DNA from: an uncultured Candidatus Bathyarchaeia archaeon
GTDB lineage: Archaea; Thermoproteota; Bathyarchaeia; 40CM-2-53-6; RBG-13-38-9
Reading direction: 5' to 3'
Length of the DNA: 45,909 nt
Assembly (NCBI GenBank): GCA_964627775.1
Contig: CAZVKZ010000001.1
Location: 1 to 45,909 of the forward strand
Position 1 is the first letter of the stretch; each line of letters starts with the position of its first letter. Made by a program: the position numbers and the translations under genes. Positions 1 through 9,762 of the stretch are shown here, one piece after another. The notes under the pieces were generated by a model. That model was not told the DNA's origin. It searched no databases and saw only the letters and a list, made by a program, of their open reading frames with translations.

Positions 1-2
1 CT

Positions 3-224
3 GGACGTTACCGGATCTTGTCAACAGGAGTGGATTCAGATGGAAAAAGACTGATCCCACTGAGACCAAACTACAAGACCAAGATCAACAGTATGAGAAG
101 ATACGTCTCTGTTCTTCACCCAAGAAGAGGCGAATTCATGAGGCTATACTCTAGCGAACCAGAACGACTACAACAGGCAATCCGCAAAGTCATCGAAGGA
201 AAAAAGAGGAGGAAAACAAAATAG
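3..224 (+). CDS. 3' end of an unidentified CDS entering from upstream of the window (K/R-rich C-terminus)
   Basis: The frame is open from the window edge to TAG at 222-224. The ORF track shows only the part from an internal start at 18. No family recognised from the visible residues. Confidence 0.3.
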   Translation, partial: GRYRILSTGVDSDGKRLIPLRPNYKTKINSMRRYVSVLHPRRGEFMRLYSSEPERLQQAIRKVIEGKKRRKTK

Positions 225-288
225 TATTCCGAGAAGTGTCCATGTAGAAGGCCCATTCCTTGAAGTGACGATTGCACCTCACTCTAAA

Positions 289-1116
289 CTAGGATCTTGC
301 CTTGGGATACGAACCTAAGACCTTTAGTAAGATCGTCTTATCCTTGAGATCGTTCAGGGAATCTTGGATCAGTTTTTCTTTCTCGTGCCCTTCAAAATCA
401 CAGTAGAAAACGTATTCCCACAGCTTCTTACGTGTTGGCCTAGACTCAATTTTAGTGAGATTGATCTTTCTTTTGGCGAAGACGCCAAGGGCTTCATGGA
501 GCATGCCGGGAGCGTGTCTTGTAGAGAATATGATTGAGGTCTTGTCATTTCCGGTCCTTTCCGCTCGCCGATGACTTAGAACGAGAAAACGGGTGAAGTT
601 GTTCGGGTTATCCTCAATGCCTTTCGCCAGAATTTTCAAACCATAGACTTTGGCGGCGAACTCACTACCGATAGCAGCCAGATCTCCAGCCCCCTTGGCT
701 ATTTTGACTGCTGCAGCCGTGCTTCCCGCCTCAATTATCTCAGCCCGCGGGAGGTTGGTCTTCAGGAAGTTCCTACATTGAGCTAGTGCCTGTGGATGCG
801 AGATGACACCCCTTATCCTTGAGAGCTCAACATCTTCCTTGGCAATGAGGTTGTGCACTATACGTTGCTCGATCTCACCTGAGACTCTCAAGTCAGATTC
901 TAAGAGGAGATCTAAAGCGATGTTCACCGATCCTTCGATAGAGTTCTCGACAGGGATAACCCCGAATTCAGCAACGTAAGAGGCTACCGCATTGAAAACC
1001 TCCGGAATATCTCGGCATTCAACGAATTCCTTCGCTTCCGAAAAATATGATCTTGCTGCCTGCTCTGTGAAGGTGCCCTTGGGGCCTAGGTAAGCCACCG
1101 TAACATTAGAAGACAT
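289..1116 (-). CDS. pheA: Prephenate dehydratase
   Basis: 275 aa. N-terminal PDT domain (VAYLGPKGTFTEQAA) and C-terminal ACT domain with the typical ...INLTKIESRP motif. Confidence 0.85.
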   Translation of the reverse strand: MSSNVTVAYLGPKGTFTEQAARSYFSEAKEFVECRDIPEVFNAVASYVAEFGVIPVENSIEGSVNIALDLLLESDLRVSGEIEQRIVHNLIAKEDVELSRIRGVISHPQALAQCRNFLKTNLPRAEIIEAGSTAAAVKIAKGAGDLAAIGSEFAAKVYGLKILAKGIEDNPNNFTRFLVLSHRRAERTGNDKTSIIFSTRHAPGMLHEALGVFAKRKINLTKIESRPTRKKLWEYVFYCDFEGHEKEKLIQDSLNDLKDKTILLKVLGSYPKARS

Positions 1117-1247
1117 CTTTGGCCAGCCTCACACAAACCGATACTCTTGACTGTCTGGCCGGATTCAGACCAGGCAGACTGCCAATGAGATTTAAGATAG
1201 ATGGCACTGTCATATTAGGATAGGCCCCATAATTCCCCTATGCTTGA

Positions 1248-2549
1248 GTGTGGAAGTCATTGATGCAACTAGTCAGGTCTGAGGATCTCAAAGGCGAGAA
1301 CCTCAATCAGATCGTGAACAGAGGTCTGCTTGGACTAGAAAGCGTTGAGAAAGACGTAATGGCAGTGATCGAGTCTGTGAGAGTCCGCGGAGAAGAAGCT
1401 CTTTTTGAATTTACTCAGAAGTTCGACGGAGTGAGATTAGATCCCAGCACAATGAGAGCGACACAAGAAGACACTGAGAGGGCCTACAGCCTAGTCAGGA
1501 CGTCCGAGGTCAAAGCGCTCAAAAAAGCAGCTTCTAATATTGAGCGATTTCACCGGACGCAACTCAAGAGGCTAAGTTTTGAAGAGTCCAGCAACGGATT
1601 GAAAGTCGGGGTGATCACAAGACCCATTTCAGCAGTAGGCGTGTATGCGCCTGGAGGAAGAACGTCCTACCCTTCTTCCGTTCTGATGTGCGCAATCCCG
1701 GCCAAAGTAGCTGGAGTAGAACGCCTGATTCTATGCAGCCCCCCATCCCCAAAGGCGCGGTTCAACCCGTACGTGCTGGTGGCGGCGGACATCGCAGGGG
1801 TGGATGAAGTTTTCTGCGTCGGCGGAGCACAGGCCATCGCGGCGATGACCTACGGCACAAAGACGATGAAGGCTGTCGAGAAGATTGTTGGTCCAGGGAA
1901 CATCTACGTCACCGCCGCCAAACAACTGCTTAGCACCTATGTTTCAACCGATCTGCCAGCTGGACCCAGTGAAATACTCATTATAGCAGATGCTAATGCA
2001 AAGCCCCAATTCATCACGGAAGATCTCTTGGCCCAAGCCGAGCATGACGAAAACGCAACATGCATTCTACTAACCAATTCCGAGAGAATCGCTATCGAAG
2101 TCAAAGAAAATCTTGAAAAAGCACTCGAAAATGTGCCCGCAACTGGGACCAATAAGATCGCTCTCGAGAGAAGAGGGCTGATAGTGGTAGTCAGGGATAT
2201 GCAGGAGGCTGTAATGTTCGCAAATCTTATCGCGCCAGAACATCTAGTCATAATGACGGGAAAGCCTCAATCACTCCTGAAAAGCTTGAGAAACGCCGGC
2301 CTCATCTTCCTGGGCGAGTACTCTCCTGTAGCACTCGGCGATTACTGTGCCGGAACGAATCATGTTCTGCCGACAGGGGGGTATGCCCGAACTTACTCAG
2401 GGCTTTCAGTAAGGGAGTTCCTTAAGACAATCAGCTACGTCAACTGCTCAAGGAGGGGCTTGATGAAATTAGCCAAGGCAACTGTGACACTAGCTGAAAT
2501 CGAAAACTTGCAGGCCCACTCCAGATCAATAACTGTCAGAGGCGCCTAG
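1248..2549 (+). CDS. hisD: Histidinol dehydrogenase
   Basis: 433 aa with LLAQAEHDENA and LGDYCAGTNHVLPTGG motifs. GTG start at 1248; an alternative ATG lies at 1263. Confidence 0.9.
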   Translation: MWKSLMQLVRSEDLKGENLNQIVNRGLLGLESVEKDVMAVIESVRVRGEEALFEFTQKFDGVRLDPSTMRATQEDTERAYSLVRTSEVKALKKAASNIERFHRTQLKRLSFEESSNGLKVGVITRPISAVGVYAPGGRTSYPSSVLMCAIPAKVAGVERLILCSPPSPKARFNPYVLVAADIAGVDEVFCVGGAQAIAAMTYGTKTMKAVEKIVGPGNIYVTAAKQLLSTYVSTDLPAGPSEILIIADANAKPQFITEDLLAQAEHDENATCILLTNSERIAIEVKENLEKALENVPATGTNKIALERRGLIVVVRDMQEAVMFANLIAPEHLVIMTGKPQSLLKSLRNAGLIFLGEYSPVALGDYCAGTNHVLPTGGYARTYSGLSVREFLKTISYVNCSRRGLMKLAKATVTLAEIENLQAHSRSITVRGA

Positions 2550-2778
2550 AAAAACATACGGTGATCGATTCAACCCGCCGCATTTTGAGCATGCCCAACC
2601 AACTGCAGCATAAACACCTGCAACTGCCGGTATCATTCATGAAGTGTAACCTGAAACCACACTGGATTATGGGGAAGGAACGCTTATCAAATGTTGCAGA
2701 GAACAATCCTAAGAACTAGGACTATTATGGCTATAAAACATCGAAAGAGGCCCAAGAATAACATAGGCGCATCACAAG

Positions 2779-3981
2779 TTGACAGGCAACTATTCATACC
2801 GTAGTGTCAACGGGGAAACTACACTGTGCAGGGAAGATGCAAAACCACTCCTTCTGAGGACCAAAAAGCTAGTCTTCGATTGCGACGGAGTAATAGTCTC
2901 AGACATTAACTCATACAGGGAGGCAATAGTGCGATCAGTCGATTACTATTTCCTAAGACTCCTCGGACTCAAAGGAGAAGAAAGGCACCTTGTGAATAAA
3001 GAAGACATTCAGAGATTGAAAGACACAGGCGCCTTCAACAACGACTGGAAACTCACATACGCGCTAATAATCTACTACTTGGGGTTGATTCTGAGTCGAC
3101 TGCAGAAAGGGGTCAAGTTGCAGGCTGATGCAGGCCTTGGAGAGGGCCCTCGGTCCGCCCTAAAAGATCTCCTTAGACGGCTGGAGTCACTTGGGGAGAA
3201 GTCTAACTCGTCTGGGTTAGATATCACCTATCTGGAGAGGATGAAGTCTGACCCGTCGCTAGGCTTCAGTCAACTCGTAGAAACATTCACCGAGGATGCG
3301 GACCTTGAAATTCTGAAGGGTGTCAGCGAGATCCTAGGATTGAATACTGCAATGCTCGAAGCAATGAAGAGCTTATGTCCATTCGATATTCATGAAGAGG
3401 ATCTGCTACGAAGACTCTTTGACGAGATCTATCTTGGCAACGTCTTATATTCCAAGTTCACCATCAAGAAACCATTCTTCAATTTCAGAGAGGGCCTCAT
3501 AGACAAGGAGGAGAGAATCCCTTCGACAGAAACGCTCAAGAGACTAAAGTCCAGATTTGGACTGTTCGCGATGTATTCTGAGAGGCCGAGAAACGAAGGC
3601 CTTTACATCCTACAGAAACACAACCTTCTCGATTACTTTGACAGTCGAGCGATTTTCTTCAGCGAAGACCTGATAGAAGTCTGCAAAAGCGTCGATCAAG
3701 ATTTGGTATGGGGGAAACCTCACGCAAGAGCCTTCGTGGCACTCATAGATATATTCTGCCAAGAATCCGACACAGTAGCATATGTAGGAGACACAGTCTC
3801 GGACGCTTTGATGATAAATAACGCTAGAGACCTTACGCCGAGAGAGTTGCTGTTCATCGGCACATTGTCTTCCTCTCCAAAAGACAGAAAGCTAGCGGAT
3901 AGATTCATGGAACTGGGAGCCGAAGTAATAGTAAAAGATGCAAACTTAATACCTACAGTCTTCGATAAGATTGGAAAGTAG
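2779..3981 (+). CDS. HAD-superfamily hydrolase with a large cap insertion; candidate histidinol-phosphate phosphatase by operon context
   Basis: 400 aa, TTG start (first start candidate after the in-frame TAG at 2764-2766). HAD motif I FDCDGVIV, motif III WGKPHARAF, motif IV VGDTVSD. The stop lies 5 nt before hisB. Confidence 0.7.
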   Translation: MTGNYSYRSVNGETTLCREDAKPLLLRTKKLVFDCDGVIVSDINSYREAIVRSVDYYFLRLLGLKGEERHLVNKEDIQRLKDTGAFNNDWKLTYALIIYYLGLILSRLQKGVKLQADAGLGEGPRSALKDLLRRLESLGEKSNSSGLDITYLERMKSDPSLGFSQLVETFTEDADLEILKGVSEILGLNTAMLEAMKSLCPFDIHEEDLLRRLFDEIYLGNVLYSKFTIKKPFFNFREGLIDKEERIPSTETLKRLKSRFGLFAMYSERPRNEGLYILQKHNLLDYFDSRAIFFSEDLIEVCKSVDQDLVWGKPHARAFVALIDIFCQESDTVAYVGDTVSDALMINNARDLTPRELLFIGTLSSSPKDRKLADRFMELGAEVIVKDANLIPTVFDKIGK

Positions 3982-3986
3982 GAAAA

Positions 3987-4565
3987 TTGAGAAAAGCCAC
4001 AGCTGAGAGAGAGACTGCCGAAGTCAGGATCTCAGTAAGACTTGATCTGGATGGAAGGGGAAAAACAGACGTAGATACTGGCAACAGGTTCCTCAACCAT
4101 CTACTCACTACCCTCGCCAAGCACTCCCTCATCGATCTCAGAATAAGAGCCAAGGGCGATCTCAAGCATCATTTGGCGGAGGATGTTGCACTTGCACTTG
4201 GGGATGCTATCAACAAGGCCTTGGGGGACAGAAGAGGAATAAGAAGATTCGGCTCAACTCATGTGCCAATGGATGATTCCCTGGCAAGAGCCGCAGTAGA
4301 CCTAGGAGGCAGGCCATACACAGTCATCGAATTGAAGATCCAGTCAACTGAGATTGAGGATATGAGGACAGAAGACATAGAGCATTTCTTCAGCTCTCTC
4401 TCGCAATCATCAAAGTCTAACATTCATCTGGCAACTTTATACGGTACCAACGATCATCACAAGATGGAAGCGGTCACAAAGGCTCTAGCGTTGGCTCTTA
4501 GGCAAGCATTATCTCCGGAGCCAAGAATCTCCAAAATTATTCCCAGCACCAAAGGCGAACTGTAG
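3987..4565 (+). CDS. hisB: Imidazoleglycerol-phosphate dehydratase
   Basis: 192 aa, TTG start. RETAEVRISVRLDLDG, HHLAEDVALALG and NDHHKMEA metal-binding motifs. Confidence 0.9.
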   Translation: MRKATAERETAEVRISVRLDLDGRGKTDVDTGNRFLNHLLTTLAKHSLIDLRIRAKGDLKHHLAEDVALALGDAINKALGDRRGIRRFGSTHVPMDDSLARAAVDLGGRPYTVIELKIQSTEIEDMRTEDIEHFFSSLSQSSKSNIHLATLYGTNDHHKMEAVTKALALALRQALSPEPRISKIIPSTKGEL

Positions 4566-4566
4566 A

Positions 4567-5175
4567 GTGACTTTGATAGCCATCGTGAATTACGGCGTCG
4601 GCAACCTTCACAGCGCAAGGAAAGGGTTGGAGAAGGCTGGAGCCACTGTCGAGATACTCGATGAACCAAGAAGACTGAGGGATGCTGACGCAATAGTCTT
4701 ACCTGGGGTTGGGGCATTCGCCGAAGCCAAGAAGAACCTTGCCAATATCGAAGAGACGATAGTCCAGGAAGCCAAGAATGGAAAGCCACTATTGGGGATA
4801 TGCCTAGGACTTCAGCTACTATTCACCAGGAGCTATGAGGGTGGGCCAACTAAGGGCTTGGATCTCCTAAGAGGGGAAGTTGTGAGGCTACCATCGTCCG
4901 TGAAGCTTCCACAAATGGGATGGAACAATATCAAGATCGAAAAAGCCACCTTAATTCTCGAGGGCATTCCAGACAGCTCCTATGTCTATTTCGTACATTC
5001 CTATTATGCAAAGCCAGAGAACCAAGATGATGTCGCCGCCAGCACAGAATATGGTTTAAAGTTCCCGTCGATCCTTGAAAGAAGGAATATATTCGCGACT
5101 CAATTCCACCCCGAGAAGAGTGGAGAAGAAGGCTTGACCATTCTAAGCAACTTTGTCAGAGCGATAAGGAGGTAG
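4567..5175 (+). CDS. hisH: Imidazole glycerol phosphate synthase, glutaminase subunit
   Basis: 202 aa, GTG start. Class I GATase nucleophile context GICLGLQLL and FHPEKSG. Confidence 0.9.
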   Translation: MTLIAIVNYGVGNLHSARKGLEKAGATVEILDEPRRLRDADAIVLPGVGAFAEAKKNLANIEETIVQEAKNGKPLLGICLGLQLLFTRSYEGGPTKGLDLLRGEVVRLPSSVKLPQMGWNNIKIEKATLILEGIPDSSYVYFVHSYYAKPENQDDVAASTEYGLKFPSILERRNIFATQFHPEKSGEEGLTILSNFVRAIRR

Positions 5176-5183
5176 AATCACGG

Positions 5184-5906
5184 ATGATCATAATACCAGC
5201 GATAGATTTGATGCGGGGAAGATGTGTTCGCCTCTTCCAGGGAGACCCGTCAAGACCCAAACAGTACTATGAAGATCCCGAGGAGGCCTCACGATTCTTC
5301 CAGTCCGAAGGCGCTGAGATGCTCCACATAGTAGATTTGGATGCCGCGCTGGGACTCGGAGACAACCTCAAGACCATAAACAGAATCATCAGGTCAGTAC
5401 GAATCAAGACTCAAGTCGGAGGCGGAATAAGGACCTTCGAAAAAGCCAGGGAGATCCTAGACCTCGGCGTCTCCAGGGTAATCTTTGGAACTGCCTGCAT
5501 TCGAAAGCCAGAACTAGTATCTGAGGCATCCAGAGTCTTTGGTAGAGAGAGGGTCGCAGCAGCGATCGACGTCAAGAATGGCAGCCCAGCGATAGAGGGA
5601 TGGAGAAGCAAAGTATCCTCAGAATACATCGAAGTGGCGCAAAGGCTCGAGAAGCTGGGTGTTGGAACCGTAATCTTCACATCAGTAAATGCCGACGGCA
5701 CGTTAAGTGGACCAGCACTTAACGACACAAAGAGGCTAGTCCGCTCCCTAAACATTCCAGTGGTGGCCTCGGGCGGAATAAGTAGCGTTGAAGACATCCG
5801 TGCATTAGCCAATATAGGTGTTCAAGGAGTCATTGTGGGAACCGCGCTCTATGAGAACAAGTTCACGCTAAGAGAAGCCATGGAGGCCGCCAGAGATGCT
5901 GACTAA
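5184..5906 (+). CDS. hisA: ProFAR isomerase
   Basis: 240 aa. [24 protein letters not shown] and ASGGIS TIM-barrel phosphate-binding motifs. Confidence 0.9.
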   Translation: MIIIPAIDLMRGRCVRLFQGDPSRPKQYYEDPEEASRFFQSEGAEMLHIVDLDAALGLGDNLKTINRIIRSVRIKTQVGGGIRTFEKAREILDLGVSRVIFGTACIRKPELVSEASRVFGRERVAAAIDVKNGSPAIEGWRSKVSSEYIEVAQRLEKLGVGTVIFTSVNADGTLSGPALNDTKRLVRSLNIPVVASGGISSVEDIRALANIGVQGVIVGTALYENKFTLREAMEAARDAD

Positions 5907-6702
5907 GAGAATAATCCCTTGCCTAGATGTCAAGGAAGGTAAGGTAGTCAAGGGGGTTCAATTCGTGAATCTGAAGGAGGAAGGGGACCCGGCTATGATG
6001 GCGGAGGCCTATGGCAAAGAGGGCGCCGACGAAGTTGTCTTCCTCGACATTACAGCATCCTTCGAGAAGAGAAGGATACTGCTCGATGCTGTCAAGAAGA
6101 CAGCCGAGACGCTATTCATACCGTTTACCGTGGGAGGCGGGATCAGAACACTTGAGAGTGTCAGGGAGATCTTGAACTCAGGCGCTGACAAAGTCTCAAT
6201 AAATACAGGAGCTGTTAAAAACCCTAACCTCATCAAGGAATCCGCAGATGCCTTCGGATCACAATGTATCGTAGTCGCAATAGACGCAATGAGAATCTAC
6301 GATGGAAAAAAAGACAAAACGATTGTTAACACACCTCAAGGAGCGTGCTGGTGGGAGGTTCACGTAGAGGGAGGAAGGACAAGAACAGGAATCGACGCCG
6401 TAGAGTGGGCGAGGCGCACGGAAGAGCTGGGGGCCGGCGAGATCCTCCTGACAAGCATGGACTATGATGGAACACAGGCCGGCTATGACATACCACTGAC
6501 AAGGCAAGTTTCTGAAACCACAAACCTACCGATAATCGCAAGTGGAGGAGCTGGCGAGCCCGAACACATAAGGCAAGCCCTAGTTGAGGGTGCTGCTGAT
6601 GCGGCCCTGGCAGCATCCATATTCCACAGAGGCATTCACCCAATCTTGAAAGTCAAAGAGTATCTCCGACAACGCGGGGTTCCAGTTCGACCAGCGACCT
6701 GA
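5896..6702 (+). CDS. hisF: Imidazole glycerol phosphate synthase, cyclase subunit
   Basis: 268 aa. [27 protein letters not shown]. Overlaps hisA by 11 nt. Confidence 0.9.
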   Translation: MLTKRIIPCLDVKEGKVVKGVQFVNLKEEGDPAMMAEAYGKEGADEVVFLDITASFEKRRILLDAVKKTAETLFIPFTVGGGIRTLESVREILNSGADKVSINTGAVKNPNLIKESADAFGSQCIVVAIDAMRIYDGKKDKTIVNTPQGACWWEVHVEGGRTRTGIDAVEWARRTEELGAGEILLTSMDYDGTQAGYDIPLTRQVSETTNLPIIASGGAGEPEHIRQALVEGAADAALAASIFHRGIHPILKVKEYLRQRGVPVRPAT

Positions 6703-6714
6703 GGAGATGCGAGC

Positions 6715-7383
6715 ATGGTTCTCCGAATGAGCAGAGAAGAGGCGGAGGAGTTTGCTGGACAAGTTGACTTTGAAAAACTGAAAGGGTTGATTCCGGCAAT
6801 TGTTCAAGATGCCTCTGATGGCAAGGTGCTGATGCAGGCGTTTATGAATAGGGAAGCATTCATCTTAACCCTTGTCACTGGTAAGACACACTTCTGGAGC
6901 CGTACCAGGAAGAAGCTCTGGATGAAAGGTGAGGAGTCAGGCCACTTCTCTTTAGTTCAGAACGTTAGCTTGGACTGTGACGACGACGCAGTACTAGTCA
7001 AAGTCAGCCAGATAGGCCCCTGCTGTCACAAAAATGAAGATAGTTGTTTTCACAAAGCAGTCGTCTCAGAACAAGAACGACGACCGAACTCATCGACGTT
7101 AGAGAGGATATACGAAATTATACTCGAACGCACCAGAACGGGAGACGATAGATCATACGTTGGAACCTTGGTAAGGAAAGGAGAGAGCGAGATTCTAAGA
7201 AAGATTGGTGAGGAATCTACGGAAGTCATTCTTGCGTCGAAAGGGAAACCAGATACTCTAGTATCTGAAGTCACCGATCTCGTTTTCCACCTATTGATAC
7301 TGCTTGCATCGAAGGGAAAGGCCCTATCAGAGATTTTCGAAGAGCTAGATCGCAGACACAGAGAGAAGGTCTCTGGGAAATAA
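6715..7383 (+). CDS. hisI: Bifunctional phosphoribosyl-AMP cyclohydrolase / phosphoribosyl-ATP pyrophosphatase
   Basis: 222 aa. N-terminal HisI part (IPAIVQD...FWSRTRKKLWMKGEESG) and C-terminal HisE part (LERIYEIILERT...ILRKIGEESTEV). Confidence 0.85.
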   Translation: MVLRMSREEAEEFAGQVDFEKLKGLIPAIVQDASDGKVLMQAFMNREAFILTLVTGKTHFWSRTRKKLWMKGEESGHFSLVQNVSLDCDDDAVLVKVSQIGPCCHKNEDSCFHKAVVSEQERRPNSSTLERIYEIILERTRTGDDRSYVGTLVRKGESEILRKIGEESTEVILASKGKPDTLVSEVTDLVFHLLILLASKGKALSEIFEELDRRHREKVSGK

Positions 7384-7481
7384 ATACGCCTGAAAAGATC
7401 ACCTTAACGTCGTTCCACATTCCACGATGCTTCATTCAGAGAAGGCGATGGGTTCAGACGCTGATCAAGTGCCGGATTAGT

Positions 7482-8009
7482 TCACTGATTCATTAGCTTA
7501 CGCTGGATTGCCTGCAGTTCGATTCTTGCGAACTTGACCTCCTTTGAGACGGCATCGTACGAGTTTGCAATCTCATTAACAGTTATGACTGCTCCGACCA
7601 GGAGAAAGAACATGCCAAAAAAGAATGACACCGCAACAAGAGAGATCAATACGAATAGTTCGAACATGTAGCTCAGGAGTATTAGGAATGAAGTACAGAT
7701 GAAAGAGACGATGGCTGAGAAGGTCAAGAATAATGCCCACCTGAGTTTAGAGCCTCTCTTTAGTAGAAGGCGAATCTGGACATCGGTATTCTTGAGTCGT
7801 TCCAACTTCAGATTCACGTCACCAGATTCTGAATCCCCACGACTCTCAAACTGCTGGAAGCGACGTTGATCTTGTACAAGCTGCCGTATGCTGTTAACAA
7901 CCCTCCCATATCTCGTCTGAATCACCATGCAGATCAGGCCCGATCCAGAGATCATTACCACTGGAACTATAGTCGCTTGTACTACGCTTACGACTCCCAA
8001 AAGATCCAT
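7482..8009 (-). CDS. Small membrane protein, DUF2721-like (family assignment from memory only)
   Basis: 175 aa. N-terminal hydrophobic helix followed by YGRVVNSIRQL, a central charged region, and two C-terminal TM helices. Confidence 0.45.
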   Translation of the reverse strand: MDLLGVVSVVQATIVPVVMISGSGLICMVIQTRYGRVVNSIRQLVQDQRRFQQFESRGDSESGDVNLKLERLKNTDVQIRLLLKRGSKLRWALFLTFSAIVSFICTSFLILLSYMFELFVLISLVAVSFFFGMFFLLVGAVITVNEIANSYDAVSKEVKFARIELQAIQRKLMNQ

Positions 8010-8083
8010 ATTCTTGCCATCTCCAGTCGTCGATGAAACTTAGGAATCTCTTCAGTTGACGTGAGCTATCTAGCTTTCGAAAA

Positions 8084-8530
8084 GTGTTACTAAAGATGCA
8101 TCCTTTCTACATCTCAAAATCTAAATACTATGGAATGGTATTCTTGTGCGTGGAATACATGACTGAGGCATTCAGCAGAAAAACACTTCTTGACCTCGCA
8201 GCGGCTTTATTCCTGTTAGGCTCGGTGATAGTACTTATCATTTCTATTCTGAATGTGCCAATAGCTACTGTCTATCCAGTATTCAGACTCTATGAGCCGC
8301 TTTCATACACCTACCTGGTGGCCATAGTGATCGAGGTCATAGGGGCAGTTCTCGGTTTCGACTGCTTCAACATGACTTCCAAGAGAAAACTAGCCAGCGC
8401 AGGTATTAGAGGGGTTGTTATAGGCGCGGTCATTCTTAGTGCAGCTTGGGCAACAGGCTCACAAATCATTGGAGCCGGAGCCATTCTCATCCTGATTGCG
8501 GGCATAGTATGCTACGTGTACAGAGAATAG
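8084..8530 (+). CDS. Hypothetical integral membrane protein
   Basis: 148 aa ORF with about 4 hydrophobic helices. Start uncertain (GTG at 8084, ATG at 8096). No recognised family. Confidence 0.4.
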   Translation: MLLKMHPFYISKSKYYGMVFLCVEYMTEAFSRKTLLDLAAALFLLGSVIVLIISILNVPIATVYPVFRLYEPLSYTYLVAIVIEVIGAVLGFDCFNMTSKRKLASAGIRGVVIGAVILSAAWATGSQIIGAGAILILIAGIVCYVYRE

Positions 8531-8587
8531 TTTCTTTTCCAAATTTTGACTTGGGCTTCGGTTTTCGAGGTTCATCTCGGAAGCGAC

Positions 8588-9751
8588 TTATTCGTCTTCG
8601 CCTGCTCTGACGGCCACTGCACGTGCCATGTCCAGGGTGCTGCTCTCACCACCCATGTCATAGGTTTTGACCTTCCCTTCAATGATTACATCAGCCACCG
8701 CACGTTCAACCTTTTCGGCTAGCGTACGTTCACCAAGGTATTCGACCATCATCTCGACAGAGAGAAGCATCGCCAGCGGGTTAACCTTGTACTGTCCAGC
8801 ATACTTTGGGGCTGAGCCATGCGTCGGCTCAAAGACCGCGTAATCTTCGCCGATATTTCCGCTGGGCGCGAAGCCGAGACCTCCTACCAGCTGTGCGCAC
8901 AAGTCAGAGATGATGTCCCCGAAAAGATTCTCGGCGACGATGATTGAGTAGTCAAGAGGGTTCTTCAGTAGCCACATACACAGCGCATCGATATTTGTCT
9001 CGATCAGCTTGATGGCGGGGTATTTCCTGGCAACCTCTCGGGCTTGCGTCAGCATCAGTCCGCCTGTCTCTCTCAGTATGTTTGGTTTCTCAGCCACGGT
9101 CACGGTCTTGTAGTTTCTGTCTTTGGCATATTCGAAAGCTTGGGTTAGGATATTGTTGCAGGCTTTCTTTGTCATTATTCTCATTGAGATGGCTATCTCG
9201 TCTGGAGGCGTCGGTTCGAATCTCTTCATCTTAGGATGATTCTGAACTAGCCATTGCATTAGAGGTGTTGGGAGGGGATGAAACTCGACCCCGCTGTACA
9301 GGCCTTCTGTATTCTCTCTGAAAACGACTATATCGATTCCTTCTCTGTAGTTGAGCTGGTTGCCTCTATAGCTCTTGCACGGCCTCATGTTTGCGTATAG
9401 GCTAAACTCTTGGCGTAGCCTAACGACTGGACTGTAATACTGGTAGCCTTTACCCCTGAGTTCGGGGTTGAGTTCGAGCTGGGCTTCTTCTTTTGGTTTG
9501 GATGTGATAGCTCCGAGTAGGCATACATCAGTGCTTTTTAGGAGATCTAGGGTTCGCTGTGGTAGCGGGTCCCCTTCTTTCTTCCAAAACTCCCATCCAA
9601 TATCCCCAACGTAATACTGAGCGTCGAGCCTAATCGCTTCAAGCAGTATCTTGGCGGCGTCCATGACATCCTTGCCGATACCGTCTCCGGGGAGCAGGGC
9701 TATTCGATACTTGGCCATGGCAGGTCGTACCGCGCAGCTGAATTGTTCCAT
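8588..9751 (-). CDS. Isocitrate/homoisocitrate/isopropylmalate dehydrogenase family enzyme, specificity unresolved
   Basis: 387 aa. LPGDGIGKDV, LYANMRP, NLFGDIISDLCAQLVGGLG. The likely true start is the MAKYRIALL methionine at 9718. Lies 11 nt downstream of leuA on the same strand. Confidence 0.8.
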   Translation of the reverse strand: MEQFSCAVRPAMAKYRIALLPGDGIGKDVMDAAKILLEAIRLDAQYYVGDIGWEFWKKEGDPLPQRTLDLLKSTDVCLLGAITSKPKEEAQLELNPELRGKGYQYYSPVVRLRQEFSLYANMRPCKSYRGNQLNYREGIDIVVFRENTEGLYSGVEFHPLPTPLMQWLVQNHPKMKRFEPTPPDEIAISMRIMTKKACNNILTQAFEYAKDRNYKTVTVAEKPNILRETGGLMLTQAREVARKYPAIKLIETNIDALCMWLLKNPLDYSIIVAENLFGDIISDLCAQLVGGLGFAPSGNIGEDYAVFEPTHGSAPKYAGQYKVNPLAMLLSVEMMVEYLGERTLAEKVERAVADVIIEGKVKTYDMGGESSTLDMARAVAVRAGEDE

Positions 9752-9762
9752 ACAAGAACGTG

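Noticed and set aside
2591-2719. 42-codon ORF (MPNQLQHKHLQ...) in the hisD-HAD gap, considered as a possible his leader peptide
   Set aside because: It has only three scattered His codons and no run. I saw no flanking alternative hairpins. Indistinguishable from a chance ORF.
7435-7470. tRNA-like T-arm string GGGTTCAGAC
   Set aside because: The flanking bases cannot form a 5-bp T-stem, and no acceptor, D or anticodon arms can be drawn. It is not a tRNA.
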